NCBI GenBank assembly: GCA_016196885.1 | Contig: JACPWU010000032.1 | Location: 25,775 to 57,774, forward strand | From: Chlamydiota bacterium | GTDB taxonomy: Bacteria > Auribacterota > JACPWU01 | Direction: 5' to 3' | DNA: 32,000 nt | Shown here: positions 22,228 through 30,620 of the stretch, in pieces | Position numbering within the stretch: position 1 is the first letter of the stretch | How the letters are laid out: the number at the start of each line of letters is the position of its first letter | Made by a program: the position numbers and the translations under genes | Notes under the pieces: generated by a model | The model's database searches: none | The model's input: only the letters and a program-made list of their open reading frames with translations | What the model was told of the DNA's origin: nothing

Positions 22228-23154
22228 TTAAACAATTTTTAACATTCTCTCGATCGGCAGTCTCGCCCGATTTGCCAGTTCTTTAGGAACTTTCACCTCG
22301 TATTGGAGATTCTCCAAGGAATCCACAATTTTTTCGAGCGTGTTGCGCTTCATGTATTCACAAACGGCATTGCGAGCAGCGGGATAAAAGGTTTTGTGGG
22401 GATTGTCTTTCTGTAAGCGGTGAAGAATGCCTGTCTCTGTCGCAATGATAAATTCTTGAGCCGGGGACTCATGAACGTAATTCACCATGCCCTCTGTTGA
22501 AAGAATGCGATCGGCCAAGTGCATGGTGCTCGTCATGCAGCCACATTCGGGATGCATGAGAAATTCTGCCTTGGGATGTTCTCCCTTTAACTTTTCTATC
22601 TCGCTTCCCTTGATTCTCACATGAATGGTGCAATAGCCTGGCCACAGGTGGATCGCTCGCCCTGTTTGGGCCTCGACATAGCGGCCCAGAAAATAATCAG
22701 GGATGAAAAGAATTTCTTTATCTCGAGGAATGGAGTTCACGACTTTGACCGCATTGGTGGAGGTGCAGCAATAATCACTCAAGGCCTTCACCGCCGCGGA
22801 GGTATTCACATAAGCGACAACCACACCCTCGGGATGTTCATCCTTCCATTTCTTCAGTTGATCCGTATCCACCATGCCGGCCAAAGAACAGCCCGCCTCT
22901 AAATCAGGGACCAAAACCAATTTATCGGGACACAAAATACTGGCCGTCTCAGCCATGAAATGAACGCCGCTGAAGAGAATGACATCGGCATCGGTTTTGG
23001 CCGCATATTGAGCCAGCCTCAAGGAATCCGCACACAGATCCGCAATGTCTTGGATCTCACCTATTTGATAGTTGTGAGCCAAGATAATGGCGTTCCTCTC
23101 CCTTTTAAGGGAGAGGACCTCTTCCTCTAAACTCGAATAAAGCACTTTGCTCAT
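22228..23154 (-). CDS. nadA: Quinolinate synthase
   Basis: The 308-aa product has the NadA layout (ILAHNYQ, VHFMAET, MHPECGC, conserved Cys ligands). Confidence 0.93.
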   Translation of the reverse strand: MSKVLYSSLEEEVLSLKRERNAIILAHNYQIGEIQDIADLCADSLRLAQYAAKTDADVILFSGVHFMAETASILCPDKLVLVPDLEAGCSLAGMVDTDQLKKWKDEHPEGVVVAYVNTSAAVKALSDYCCTSTNAVKVVNSIPRDKEILFIPDYFLGRYVEAQTGRAIHLWPGYCTIHVRIKGSEIEKLKGEHPKAEFLMHPECGCMTSTMHLADRILSTEGMVNYVHESPAQEFIIATETGILHRLQKDNPHKTFYPAARNAVCEYMKRNTLEKIVDSLENLQYEVKVPKELANRARLPIERMLKIV

Positions 23155-23343
23155 TTTAAATACCTGCCTGTCCTGACTCCACGCAGGAGTCGTTTAGGGC
23201 CTGTCCTTGGACAATCCTCATCATAATGAAAGTGAAGAAAAATTTCAACACCTTTCTACCTTTCCACTTGTGATTTTCGTACAAATTCGATATTTTATTA
23301 AGGTCGTCTGAATTCATAACTGTTTGATAGTGTTTAAGATAAG

Positions 23344-24273
23344 ATGAACCCTACTCGTGCTCTCGAACCTATGTTCGCCCAGCTTCATCCTTTTGATCCT
23401 CAAAAAACCATGACCGTGGAGGAAGCCTTTCAATATTGTGAGGCGCTTGCTCGCAGTCATTATGAGAATTTTACTGTTGTGTCTTATCTTGTCCCCCGCG
23501 GGAAACGCCAGGACCTCTACAGCGTCTATGCCTTTTGCCGGTGGTCAGACGATTTGGGAGATGAAATCGGAAATCCCCAAGAATCTCTTCGACTTCTCAA
23601 TCTTTGGCTCGAGGAGCTTAACACCTGTCTGGACGAAAAACCCCGCCATCCTGTTTTTATCGCGCTTCGAGAAACCATTCGAAAATATGATTTGCCTCTG
23701 AAGCCTTTTCAAGACCTGATTCACGCCTTTAAAATGGATCAGGAGAAACAGCACTATCAAGATTTTGGTGAGCTTTTACATTATTGCCAGCATTCAGCAA
23801 ATCCGGTGGGAAGAATTTTTCTCATGCTTTTTGGCTATCGGGATGAAGAGCGCTTCCTCCTCTCCGATGCCACTTGCACCGCTCTTCAATTGACCAATTT
23901 TTGGCAAGACATTCCCATTGATTTAAAGAAAGGGAGAATTTATATTCCCCTCGAAGACATGGCTCGATTTCATTACTGCGAAAATGAGCTTGCAACTCAT
24001 ACCTTTAACCATTCTTTCGTTCGCTTGATGAAATTTGAAATTGATAGGTCCAGGACCCTTTTTCAAAAAGGGCTGGGACTCATTCCAAAAATTCGACCTC
24101 GAGTTCAGTTGGACATTGAGCTTTTCAATCGAGGGGGCCTTTCAATTTTAAAAGCCATCGAACAAAATCATTATGACGTTTTCACCCAAAGGCCCACCCT
24201 GTCTAAATTTTCAAAGGGACTTTTGGCTTTTCAATCAAGTCTGCACCTTGTCAAAAGATATTTACAATTATGA
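23344..24273 (+). CDS. hpnC: Squalene synthase-like HpnC (hydroxysqualene synthase)
   Basis: It belongs to the squalene/phytoene synthase family. The HpnC-typical ARSHYENFTVVS is present, with Asp-rich motifs SDDLGDE and QDIPIDL. It is first in an hpnC-hpnD-hpnE order. Confidence 0.8.
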   Translation: MNPTRALEPMFAQLHPFDPQKTMTVEEAFQYCEALARSHYENFTVVSYLVPRGKRQDLYSVYAFCRWSDDLGDEIGNPQESLRLLNLWLEELNTCLDEKPRHPVFIALRETIRKYDLPLKPFQDLIHAFKMDQEKQHYQDFGELLHYCQHSANPVGRIFLMLFGYRDEERFLLSDATCTALQLTNFWQDIPIDLKKGRIYIPLEDMARFHYCENELATHTFNHSFVRLMKFEIDRSRTLFQKGLGLIPKIRPRVQLDIELFNRGGLSILKAIEQNHYDVFTQRPTLSKFSKGLLAFQSSLHLVKRYLQL

Positions 24274-25106
24274 ATCTCGCATCCTCTTACCGTCTGTGTT
24301 CCAAGATTGCCCGATCGCAAGCAAAAAATTTCTATTATGGTTTTCTCTTTCTCCCTCGCGAGAAAAGATGGGCCCTCTCGGCCGTTTATGCCTTCATGCG
24401 CATTTGTGACGACATTGCAGACGGCTCTTTTCCCCTGGAAGAGAAAAAGGAAAAATTGAGTCAATGGAAAGGATGCATTCAAAATTTATCGTCCACCTCT
24501 CATTTCTCTCATCCCATTCTCCCCGCTTTACAAGACACGCTTGGGAAATTTCAAATCCCTCTTCAGTATTTTTCAGAATTGATCGAAGGGGTGGAAATGG
24601 ATTTGACCCCGAAAAAATTTCATCACTTTGAAGACCTCTATTCTTATTGCTACAAGGTCGCATCTGTCGTTGGGTTGGTTTGCCTTTATGTTTTTGGTTT
24701 CAAGGATGAACGGGCTCTCAAACAAGGCGAGTTTTGCGGCGTTGCCTTTCAACTGACGAACATTTTAAGAGACCTCAAAGAAGACGTGGAACGCGGACGC
24801 ATTTACTTACCCGAAGAAGACCTCGAAAAATTTCAATACCCTCGAGATGATTTGATGAGTTTGAGATTTAATTCTCATTTTATTCAATTGATGAGATTTG
24901 AATGCGAGCGGGCCGAAAGTTATTATCAAAAAGCCGAGGGAATGATACAGCACGTGAGTCCAGACAGCCGCAAGGCCCTAAAGGTAATGATGGAAATTTA
25001 TCATGGTATTTTAAGAAAAATAGAGCGAAGGCATTACAATACCCTGTCTCAAAGAATTAAATTAAATTTTTTTGAAAAAGGGAAGATTTTACTCACATGC
25101 AAGTAA
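24270..25106 (+). CDS. hpnD: Presqualene diphosphate synthase HpnD
   Basis: KNFYYGFLFLPREKR...YAFMRICDDIADG and NILRDLKEDV are present. The ATGA overlap with hpnC indicates translational coupling. Confidence 0.8.
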   Translation: MNLASSYRLCSKIARSQAKNFYYGFLFLPREKRWALSAVYAFMRICDDIADGSFPLEEKKEKLSQWKGCIQNLSSTSHFSHPILPALQDTLGKFQIPLQYFSELIEGVEMDLTPKKFHHFEDLYSYCYKVASVVGLVCLYVFGFKDERALKQGEFCGVAFQLTNILRDLKEDVERGRIYLPEEDLEKFQYPRDDLMSLRFNSHFIQLMRFECERAESYYQKAEGMIQHVSPDSRKALKVMMEIYHGILRKIERRHYNTLSQRIKLNFFEKGKILLTCK

Positions 25107-26455
25107 ATGCCCCCAAAACAGTGACGGTCATTGGAGGCGGCCTTGCGGGGCTTGCGGCCGCTACCCATTTGGCAGAATCTGGCTTCCAGGTCACTGTCCT
25201 GGAAAAAAGGGCTATCCTCGGGGGACGCGCCTCATCCACATTAGATCCGCAAACAGGAGAGGCCCTGGACAACTGTCAGCATGTCCTTTTAAAATGCTGT
25301 ACAGAGTTAATGGGCCTCTATCAAAGGCTCGGAGTAGATTCAAAAATATCCTTCCACGATGAAATGATTTTTATGGACGGGGCAGGAAAAATTTCGAGGT
25401 TAAGAGCAAGCCCCTTACCCAGGCCTTTTCATCTTCTCCCCTCTTTTTTTAAACTTTCTTTTCTCAATTGGAAAGACAAGCTGGGCATCCTAAAGGCGAT
25501 GGCATGGATTGCGCTCACTGCGGATTCCAAACTGAACTCTCTAGAATCCCTTCCCTTTTCTGAGTGGCTTCAAAGGCATGGACAAACGAGAGAGGCCCTG
25601 AACCGATTTTGGAGAATCTTCTTGGTGAGCGCCCTCAATGAAGAATTGGAAAGAATTTCCACCCAATATGCCTTCAAAACTTTTCGCGAGGCCTTTTTCA
25701 AGAATCCAGACGCCTACCATTTGGGCGTGCCCTCTGTTCCTCTTTCAGAGTTATATTCAAACCCTTCTCTCGCCTATTTGAAAAAAAGAGGAGGAAAGAT
25801 TTTGTTTCAAAAAAATGTAGAGCGTTTGGAAATTGAAAATAAGAGTGTCAAACGAATTGTCCTAAAAGAGGGAGATTGTCTATCGAGTGATTTTTATATC
25901 TCAGCCGTTCCCTTCCACGAGGTCCTCGATCTTTTTCCACCTAAATTGATCCAATCCTTTCCGGATCTTGAGAAACTAAAGCATTTGGAAACATCTCCGA
26001 TTACCGGTATTCATCTTTTTTTTGACTCATCTATTACCCATTTAGACAGGATTGCTTTTGTAGATAAAAAAATCCAATGGCTTTTCAATAAAACAAAAAG
26101 CTTTTCACGAGATCAAAAGGGACAATACATTCAGCTGGTGATCAGCGCGTCTCGGGAATGGATTGGTTTATCTAAGGCTCAAGCGGTAGATTTGGCTTTG
26201 AAAGAACTCTCTCAACTTTTTCCAGAAGTCAAAAAGGCTCGCCTCCTGAAATCTTCTGTCATTAAAGAACTGCATGCCACTTTTTCACCTCTACCGGGGA
26301 GCAATGCATTCAGGCCTTCTGCTCAAAGTCCCTTTGAAAATCTTTTTTGGGCGGGGGATTGGACAGCCACCGATTGGCCTGCCACTATGGAAAGCGCGGT
26401 TCGCAGCGGGAATCTGGCTGCTGAGGAAATCATGAAGAAGGCAAAGTCTTCATAA
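25097..26455 (+). CDS. hpnE: FAD-dependent hydroxysqualene dehydroxylase HpnE
   Basis: The N-terminal dinucleotide fold is VIGGGLAGLAAA...VLEKR..LGGR. It has amine-oxidase-like length and overlaps the hpnD end by 10 nt. Confidence 0.8.
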   Translation: MQVNAPKTVTVIGGGLAGLAAATHLAESGFQVTVLEKRAILGGRASSTLDPQTGEALDNCQHVLLKCCTELMGLYQRLGVDSKISFHDEMIFMDGAGKISRLRASPLPRPFHLLPSFFKLSFLNWKDKLGILKAMAWIALTADSKLNSLESLPFSEWLQRHGQTREALNRFWRIFLVSALNEELERISTQYAFKTFREAFFKNPDAYHLGVPSVPLSELYSNPSLAYLKKRGGKILFQKNVERLEIENKSVKRIVLKEGDCLSSDFYISAVPFHEVLDLFPPKLIQSFPDLEKLKHLETSPITGIHLFFDSSITHLDRIAFVDKKIQWLFNKTKSFSRDQKGQYIQLVISASREWIGLSKAQAVDLALKELSQLFPEVKKARLLKSSVIKELHATFSPLPGSNAFRPSAQSPFENLFWAGDWTATDWPATMESAVRSGNLAAEEIMKKAKSS

Positions 26456-27173
26456 AATTTTTCACTACCCCAACTAAATTTTTCTTACATCGAGCAAGAT
26501 GGCGCATCAATTTGAGAAGATATTTCAGGTGTGAAGGATGCCTGAACACTTCTAAGAGAATGGCGCCCTTGCGAATCGCTCCTTCTTCATCAATCCACTC
26601 AGCAAAATCCATTTCAACATCTTCATGACTGGCATCCGAGATGACCCTGAAATTAAAAAATGGAATTTTCTTTTCAAGAGCCCCTTGAGCAATAAATCCT
26701 GCCTCCATGTCTACTGCCAAAGCACTGAATTCATCCCCCAAGCGTTTCTTTTCATCAGCCTGATCAATAATATGAAGAACCGTCATAGAATTTCCTAACT
26801 TAACAAGATGATGAACCCCTTCTCGAAGTTTCCCCCAGGCAGGTATGAGAGATAACTCAAGCGGATTCTTCTCATCTTCCAGTAAAAATATCTTTTCTGA
26901 AAGAATCACTTCTCCTCCCTTTTCATCGGAGCGAAGCCCACCCGCATAGCCACAAGAAAAAATGACATCACTCTTTTCCTTTAAATATTCGGCACACGCC
27001 TTTTTCGTATTCTCTTTGCCCATTCCCGTCACAACGATTTGAATGAAATGCGAAGAAAAAGTCCCCTGATAAACATTTTTTAAAGAGCTTTTTTCGAGCC
27101 GAAGGGCCCTAACCAAGGGGGAAGCTTCATCTTGAAGAGCGCAGAAAATTAAGATTTGCATGGTTTTAAGCAC
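26430..27173 (-). CDS. hpnG: Hopanoid-associated nucleosidase/phosphorylase (HpnG-like)
   Basis: PNP/UDP-phosphorylase family features are present (TGMGKEN, GYAGGL, VDMEAGF). Its position between hpnE and shc supports the call. The real start may be ATG 27161 (MQILIF) rather than GTG 27173. Confidence 0.7.
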   Translation of the reverse strand: MLKTMQILIFCALQDEASPLVRALRLEKSSLKNVYQGTFSSHFIQIVVTGMGKENTKKACAEYLKEKSDVIFSCGYAGGLRSDEKGGEVILSEKIFLLEDEKNPLELSLIPAWGKLREGVHHLVKLGNSMTVLHIIDQADEKKRLGDEFSALAVDMEAGFIAQGALEKKIPFFNFRVISDASHEDVEMDFAEWIDEEGAIRKGAILLEVFRHPSHLKYLLKLMRHLARCKKNLVGVVKNFMKTLPSS

Positions 27174-27258
27174 TGATAGTCACAAAAATAAAAAAACTAC
27201 AAGTCAGTTCATTAAGTTTTATTCACTCAATTCTGATAGTACTAAGGATAAGGAGGCT

Positions 27259-27348
27259 CAACGAAATAGTACCGATCCTTAAAGAAGAATAATCAAAAGG
27301 TACAACGAAATAGTACCTTTCATTAAAAAAGATTAATAAAAAGGTACA
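27259..27348. repeat. Two tandem 44-bp units upstream of hpnG
   Basis: CAACGAAATAGTACC lies at 27259-27273 and again at 27303-27317. AAAAGGTACA lies at 27296-27305 and 27339-27348. Each junction forms GGTAC-N9-GTACC. Confidence 0.7.
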
Positions 27349-27401
27349 AAACTGCATCGTTAAAGAGATGACCCATGTATAGTGGAATATGGCCTCCTTA
27401 G

Positions 27402-27525
27402 TAACTCCCCCATCCCCTCTTATTCTAAGAGGGGAGAAAAACCCTCCCCTTATTTGGAGTTGGAGGAAACATTAAATTTTCCTCCTGATGACTCTCCCCT
27501 TATTTAAGGGGAGTTGGAGGGGTTA
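27402..27525. mobile_element. MITE-like element, family B, short copy
   Basis: The termini are TAACTCCCC (27402-27410) and GAGGGGTTA (27517-27525). It shares the hairpin CCCCTCTTA..TAAGAGGGG (27414-27434) and the 15-mer GAGTTGGAGGGGTTA (27511-27525) with the 1746-2017 copy. TA flanks both ends. Confidence 0.55.
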
Positions 27526-29494
27526 GTTTTTTCATGTTTTTCAAATACATCGCCATCGCAAAAAGGGGAAAATAAATCCTGTAGTATTCGTACTTGATGT
27601 AAAAAACGCGCGGAAACCCGGTGCCCGTGAAAGGCCATTCATCCCAAGATCCGTCTTCTTTTTGCGTCGCGAGCAAATATTCTAAGCCTCTTTTCACATT
27701 TGAGCTTGTCAAATCCCCCGATGCAAAAAGGCCCATCAAGGCCCAGGCCGTTTGGCTGGGGGTGCTCACACCTTTGGCTTTTTGACTCGGATCATCATAA
27801 GAGAGACAGCTCTCGCCCCAACCTCCATCTGAATTCTGAACAGAGCGAAGCCATGTCGCAGCTTTTTGGCAATCAGGCTGATGCATGTCTTCTCCCATAG
27901 AGGCAAGACCCTTTAACACCTGCCAGGTTCCATAAATATAGTTCACACCCCATCTCCCGTACCAAGAGCCGTCTTCTTCTTGTTCATCCTTTATAAATTT
28001 AAGTGCTCGCTTCACCTGGGAATCTTCCTGGGTAATTCCAAAGACACTGAACATCTCTAGCACGCGTCCCGTGACGTCTACAGTACTGGGATCGAGCATG
28101 GCATTGTGATCGGCAAAGGGGACTTTGGTGAAAATGATCTTGTCATTGTTTTTGTCGAAAGAGGCCCAGCCTCCGTCTTGATTCTGCATGCTTCTAACCC
28201 AAGTAAGTCCACGCTTCAGAGCCGCCTCAAGACCCACGATCAAACCATGAGGCCAATGAGCCGCCCCGCTATGCAAACGCTGGAGAGCCATGAGGACCAT
28301 GATCGTGTCATCCACATCTGGATAAAATTCATTCTGAAATTCAAAGGCCCAACCGCTGGGTTCGACGCAAGGATTTTTGACTTTCCAATCTCCTGCACGA
28401 CGAATCTCTTTTTCCAAGAGCCACTGAGCCGCTTTTTTCAAGGCGGGGTGATCGGGATCTATACCAGACTCTGCGATGGCGACCACCGAAAGTCCGGTAT
28501 CCCAGATCGGAGAAAAGCAAGGCTGCAGCCAAAGCGTGTCTTTTTCTTCCACCTCAAACTCTTCTAATTGTTTCAAGGCTCTCTTGACCAGAGGATGATC
28601 ATCGGAATATCCGAGCACACTCAAGGCAAAAAGGGAGTTAACCATGGCTGGGTAAATGGCAGCCAGGCCATCACTCTTCTCCAAACGCTCTAACATCCAA
28701 TAAGTGGCTTTTCGAATGGCCCATTTTCGAAAGGGCTTCCAGGGACTTTTTCGGTAGATTTTGAGAAGGCGATCCACACTCAAGAAAAAATTTTTCCAAC
28801 TGATCAGACGCCCTCGATCAAAATGAATCGCGTGGGGCCGCTTGGCTTCGAAAAGCTCATCAATGCCCCGGCCCGGAGGAACGGGACGAACGGGCTGCAT
28901 AGCACAAATGATCGAAAGCGGGATCACAATGGCCCTCGACCAAGAAGAAATTTCATAGAGATTGAAATAAGACCAGCGGGGTGCAAAAATCATTTCGGGA
29001 GGAATGGCAGGGGTCGCCTCCCATTCATATTCGCCGATGAGCGCCAAATAAATCTTTGTGAAACTGTTACATTTTTCAACGCCACCGAGTTTGCAAATAG
29101 AAACCCGAGCCTTTTTCATGAAAGGTTCACCTTCAGAAAAACCCGCCAACTTCAAAGCAGTATAGGCCTTCACCGTCGCACTGATTTCACCCGGGCCCCC
29201 GCGATAAATATTCCAGCTTCCATCTTCCAATTGCTCCTGAAGAATGAACCGGGCGAGTTTTTTGACCTTGTCTGGATCGTGAAGACCCATGAAATACATC
29301 ATGAGAATATAATCGGAGGCAAGCGTCGAATCTGCTTTTAATTCTGCACACCAGTAGCCATTGGGATGTTGAAGAGAGAGAAGATACTCTTGCGTCCGCT
29401 CTACAGCCTTCTTAATCTTTTCATCCAAAGAGGGCGTGACCCCGGATTTTTGAGATTCTAAAGGGTTTTCAATATTCGAAAGAGTGTTTTTCAT
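27500..29494 (-). CDS. shc: Squalene-hopene cyclase
   Basis: The catalytic motif DVDDT and multiple QW-type repeats (QNQDGGW, QEEDGSW, QNSDGGW, QKEDGSW) are present in a 664-aa product. The last 7 codons and the stop lie inside the family B element. Confidence 0.95.
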   Translation of the reverse strand: MKNTLSNIENPLESQKSGVTPSLDEKIKKAVERTQEYLLSLQHPNGYWCAELKADSTLASDYILMMYFMGLHDPDKVKKLARFILQEQLEDGSWNIYRGGPGEISATVKAYTALKLAGFSEGEPFMKKARVSICKLGGVEKCNSFTKIYLALIGEYEWEATPAIPPEMIFAPRWSYFNLYEISSWSRAIVIPLSIICAMQPVRPVPPGRGIDELFEAKRPHAIHFDRGRLISWKNFFLSVDRLLKIYRKSPWKPFRKWAIRKATYWMLERLEKSDGLAAIYPAMVNSLFALSVLGYSDDHPLVKRALKQLEEFEVEEKDTLWLQPCFSPIWDTGLSVVAIAESGIDPDHPALKKAAQWLLEKEIRRAGDWKVKNPCVEPSGWAFEFQNEFYPDVDDTIMVLMALQRLHSGAAHWPHGLIVGLEAALKRGLTWVRSMQNQDGGWASFDKNNDKIIFTKVPFADHNAMLDPSTVDVTGRVLEMFSVFGITQEDSQVKRALKFIKDEQEEDGSWYGRWGVNYIYGTWQVLKGLASMGEDMHQPDCQKAATWLRSVQNSDGGWGESCLSYDDPSQKAKGVSTPSQTAWALMGLFASGDLTSSNVKRGLEYLLATQKEDGSWDEWPFTGTGFPRVFYIKYEYYRIYFPLFAMAMYLKNMKKLTPPTPLK

Positions 29495-29669
29495 TGAGTC
29501 TTATTCCTATCCAAAACAAGGGCAAAGAGTATCATAAACTGGAAAGAAGCTTCAAGACCCTAAAATTAATCTGTAGGTTCAAAAGTGTCAATGTGATCTA
29601 TTTTCATCAGACCCCCCTTTCTAACTTAAGAAATCATAGCCAACTTTTTCATCATAATTATAGATTGGC

Positions 29670-30413
29670 ATGAAATTTGCTCTTAACCACTGGATGAGAA
29701 ACAATGGAGAAATATCTTCGGGAAAGGCAAGAGGCTTCTCACTTCTATACGAAGTGAGCCGTGTCATCGTTTCTGATCACTATTTAGAAGAGATTCTCTG
29801 CTTGATTGTTCGATTGACCGCGGAAATTATGAATTCGAAAATTTGCTCTCTGATGCTTTTGGATGAAGGAACACAAGAATTGGTCATTAAGGCAACTCAG
29901 AGTCTAAGCGAGGCCTATCGTTCCAAGCCTCCTATTAAGGTGGGTGAAAGTGTCAGTGGTCTCGCAGTTTTAAAGAAGCAGCCGATTGCGATTAAAGACG
30001 TCAAGAAGGATGGACGCTATAAGTACCCTGAAATTGCCCGACGCGAAGATTTATGCTCGCTCCTTTCAGTTCCGATGATGGTTAAGAAAAAGGTGATGGG
30101 CGTTTTGAATTGCTATACAACCGAGGTGCATGAATTTAGTCCGGATGAAATAGAAATATTGGTGGGTGTTTCAAATCAAGCTGCTTTGGCCATTGAGAAC
30201 ACTCAGCTTCTAGGTGAAAAGATTGAAGCTGTTGAAGAACTTGAAAATCGAAAGAAGGTAGAACGCGCCAAGGGGATTTTGATGAAGCGGCACCCCATTG
30301 GAGAAGCAGAGGCTTATCGAAGGATTCAGAAGCAAAGCATGGAAAAAAGGCGCTCTCTTCATGAAATTGCGGAAGCCATTATCGTTTCTGAGGAGATTGC
30401 GGGTTCGCTTTAA
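29670..30413 (+). CDS. GAF-ANTAR RNA-binding regulator
   Basis: The N-terminal GAF is LLDEGTQELVIKA...GVLNCYT. The C-terminal ANTAR is ENRKKVERAKGILMKRHPIGEAEAYRRIQKQSMEKRRSLHEIAEAII. Confidence 0.85.
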   Translation: MKFALNHWMRNNGEISSGKARGFSLLYEVSRVIVSDHYLEEILCLIVRLTAEIMNSKICSLMLLDEGTQELVIKATQSLSEAYRSKPPIKVGESVSGLAVLKKQPIAIKDVKKDGRYKYPEIARREDLCSLLSVPMMVKKKVMGVLNCYTTEVHEFSPDEIEILVGVSNQAALAIENTQLLGEKIEAVEELENRKKVERAKGILMKRHPIGEAEAYRRIQKQSMEKRRSLHEIAEAIIVSEEIAGSL

Positions 30414-30478
30414 AAAGAATCATTTTTAGAAAGGGTCGGAGACAAAGAAGTTTCTGATAAACGTATTGTTGAACAAAG

Positions 30479-30517
30479 GCGTTCAACTCATTTTGATGAG
30501 TTGAACGCTTTTTTTTT
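30479..30517 (+). terminator. Rho-independent terminator of the ANTAR gene
   Basis: A 13-bp perfect stem GCGTTCAACTCAT / ATGAGTTGAACGC with loop TTTG is followed by nine T. Confidence 0.85.
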
Positions 30518-30520
30518 GCT

Positions 30521-30612
30521 ATGAAAGTGAAGCTCATTCTGTAGTCGCCCCATTTATGGGGCGGTCTATGACATTGGGGCATTGGGCATTGCCCGATAAA
30601 TCGGGCGACTAC
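30521..30612. repeat. Family A double-hairpin core, copy 4, with one-sided extension
   Basis: ATGAAAGTGAAGCTCATTC (30521-30539) is the reverse complement of 12766-12784. The core GTAGTCGCCCCATTTATGGGGC...GCCCGATAAATCGGGCGACTAC is at 30541-30612. Confidence 0.75.
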
Positions 30613-30620
30613 AAGCTATC

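Noticed and set aside
28106-29341. Plus-strand ORFs 28106-28567 and 28823-29341.
   Set aside because: Both lie antisense within shc, whose identity is unambiguous (DVDDT, QW repeats). There is no independent support for them.
3411-30612. The possibility that the four repeated cores form a CRISPR array or remnants of one.
   Set aside because: The copies are kilobases apart, lie in both orientations, are separated by genes, and are internally palindromic. There is no regular repeat-spacer periodicity and no cas genes.
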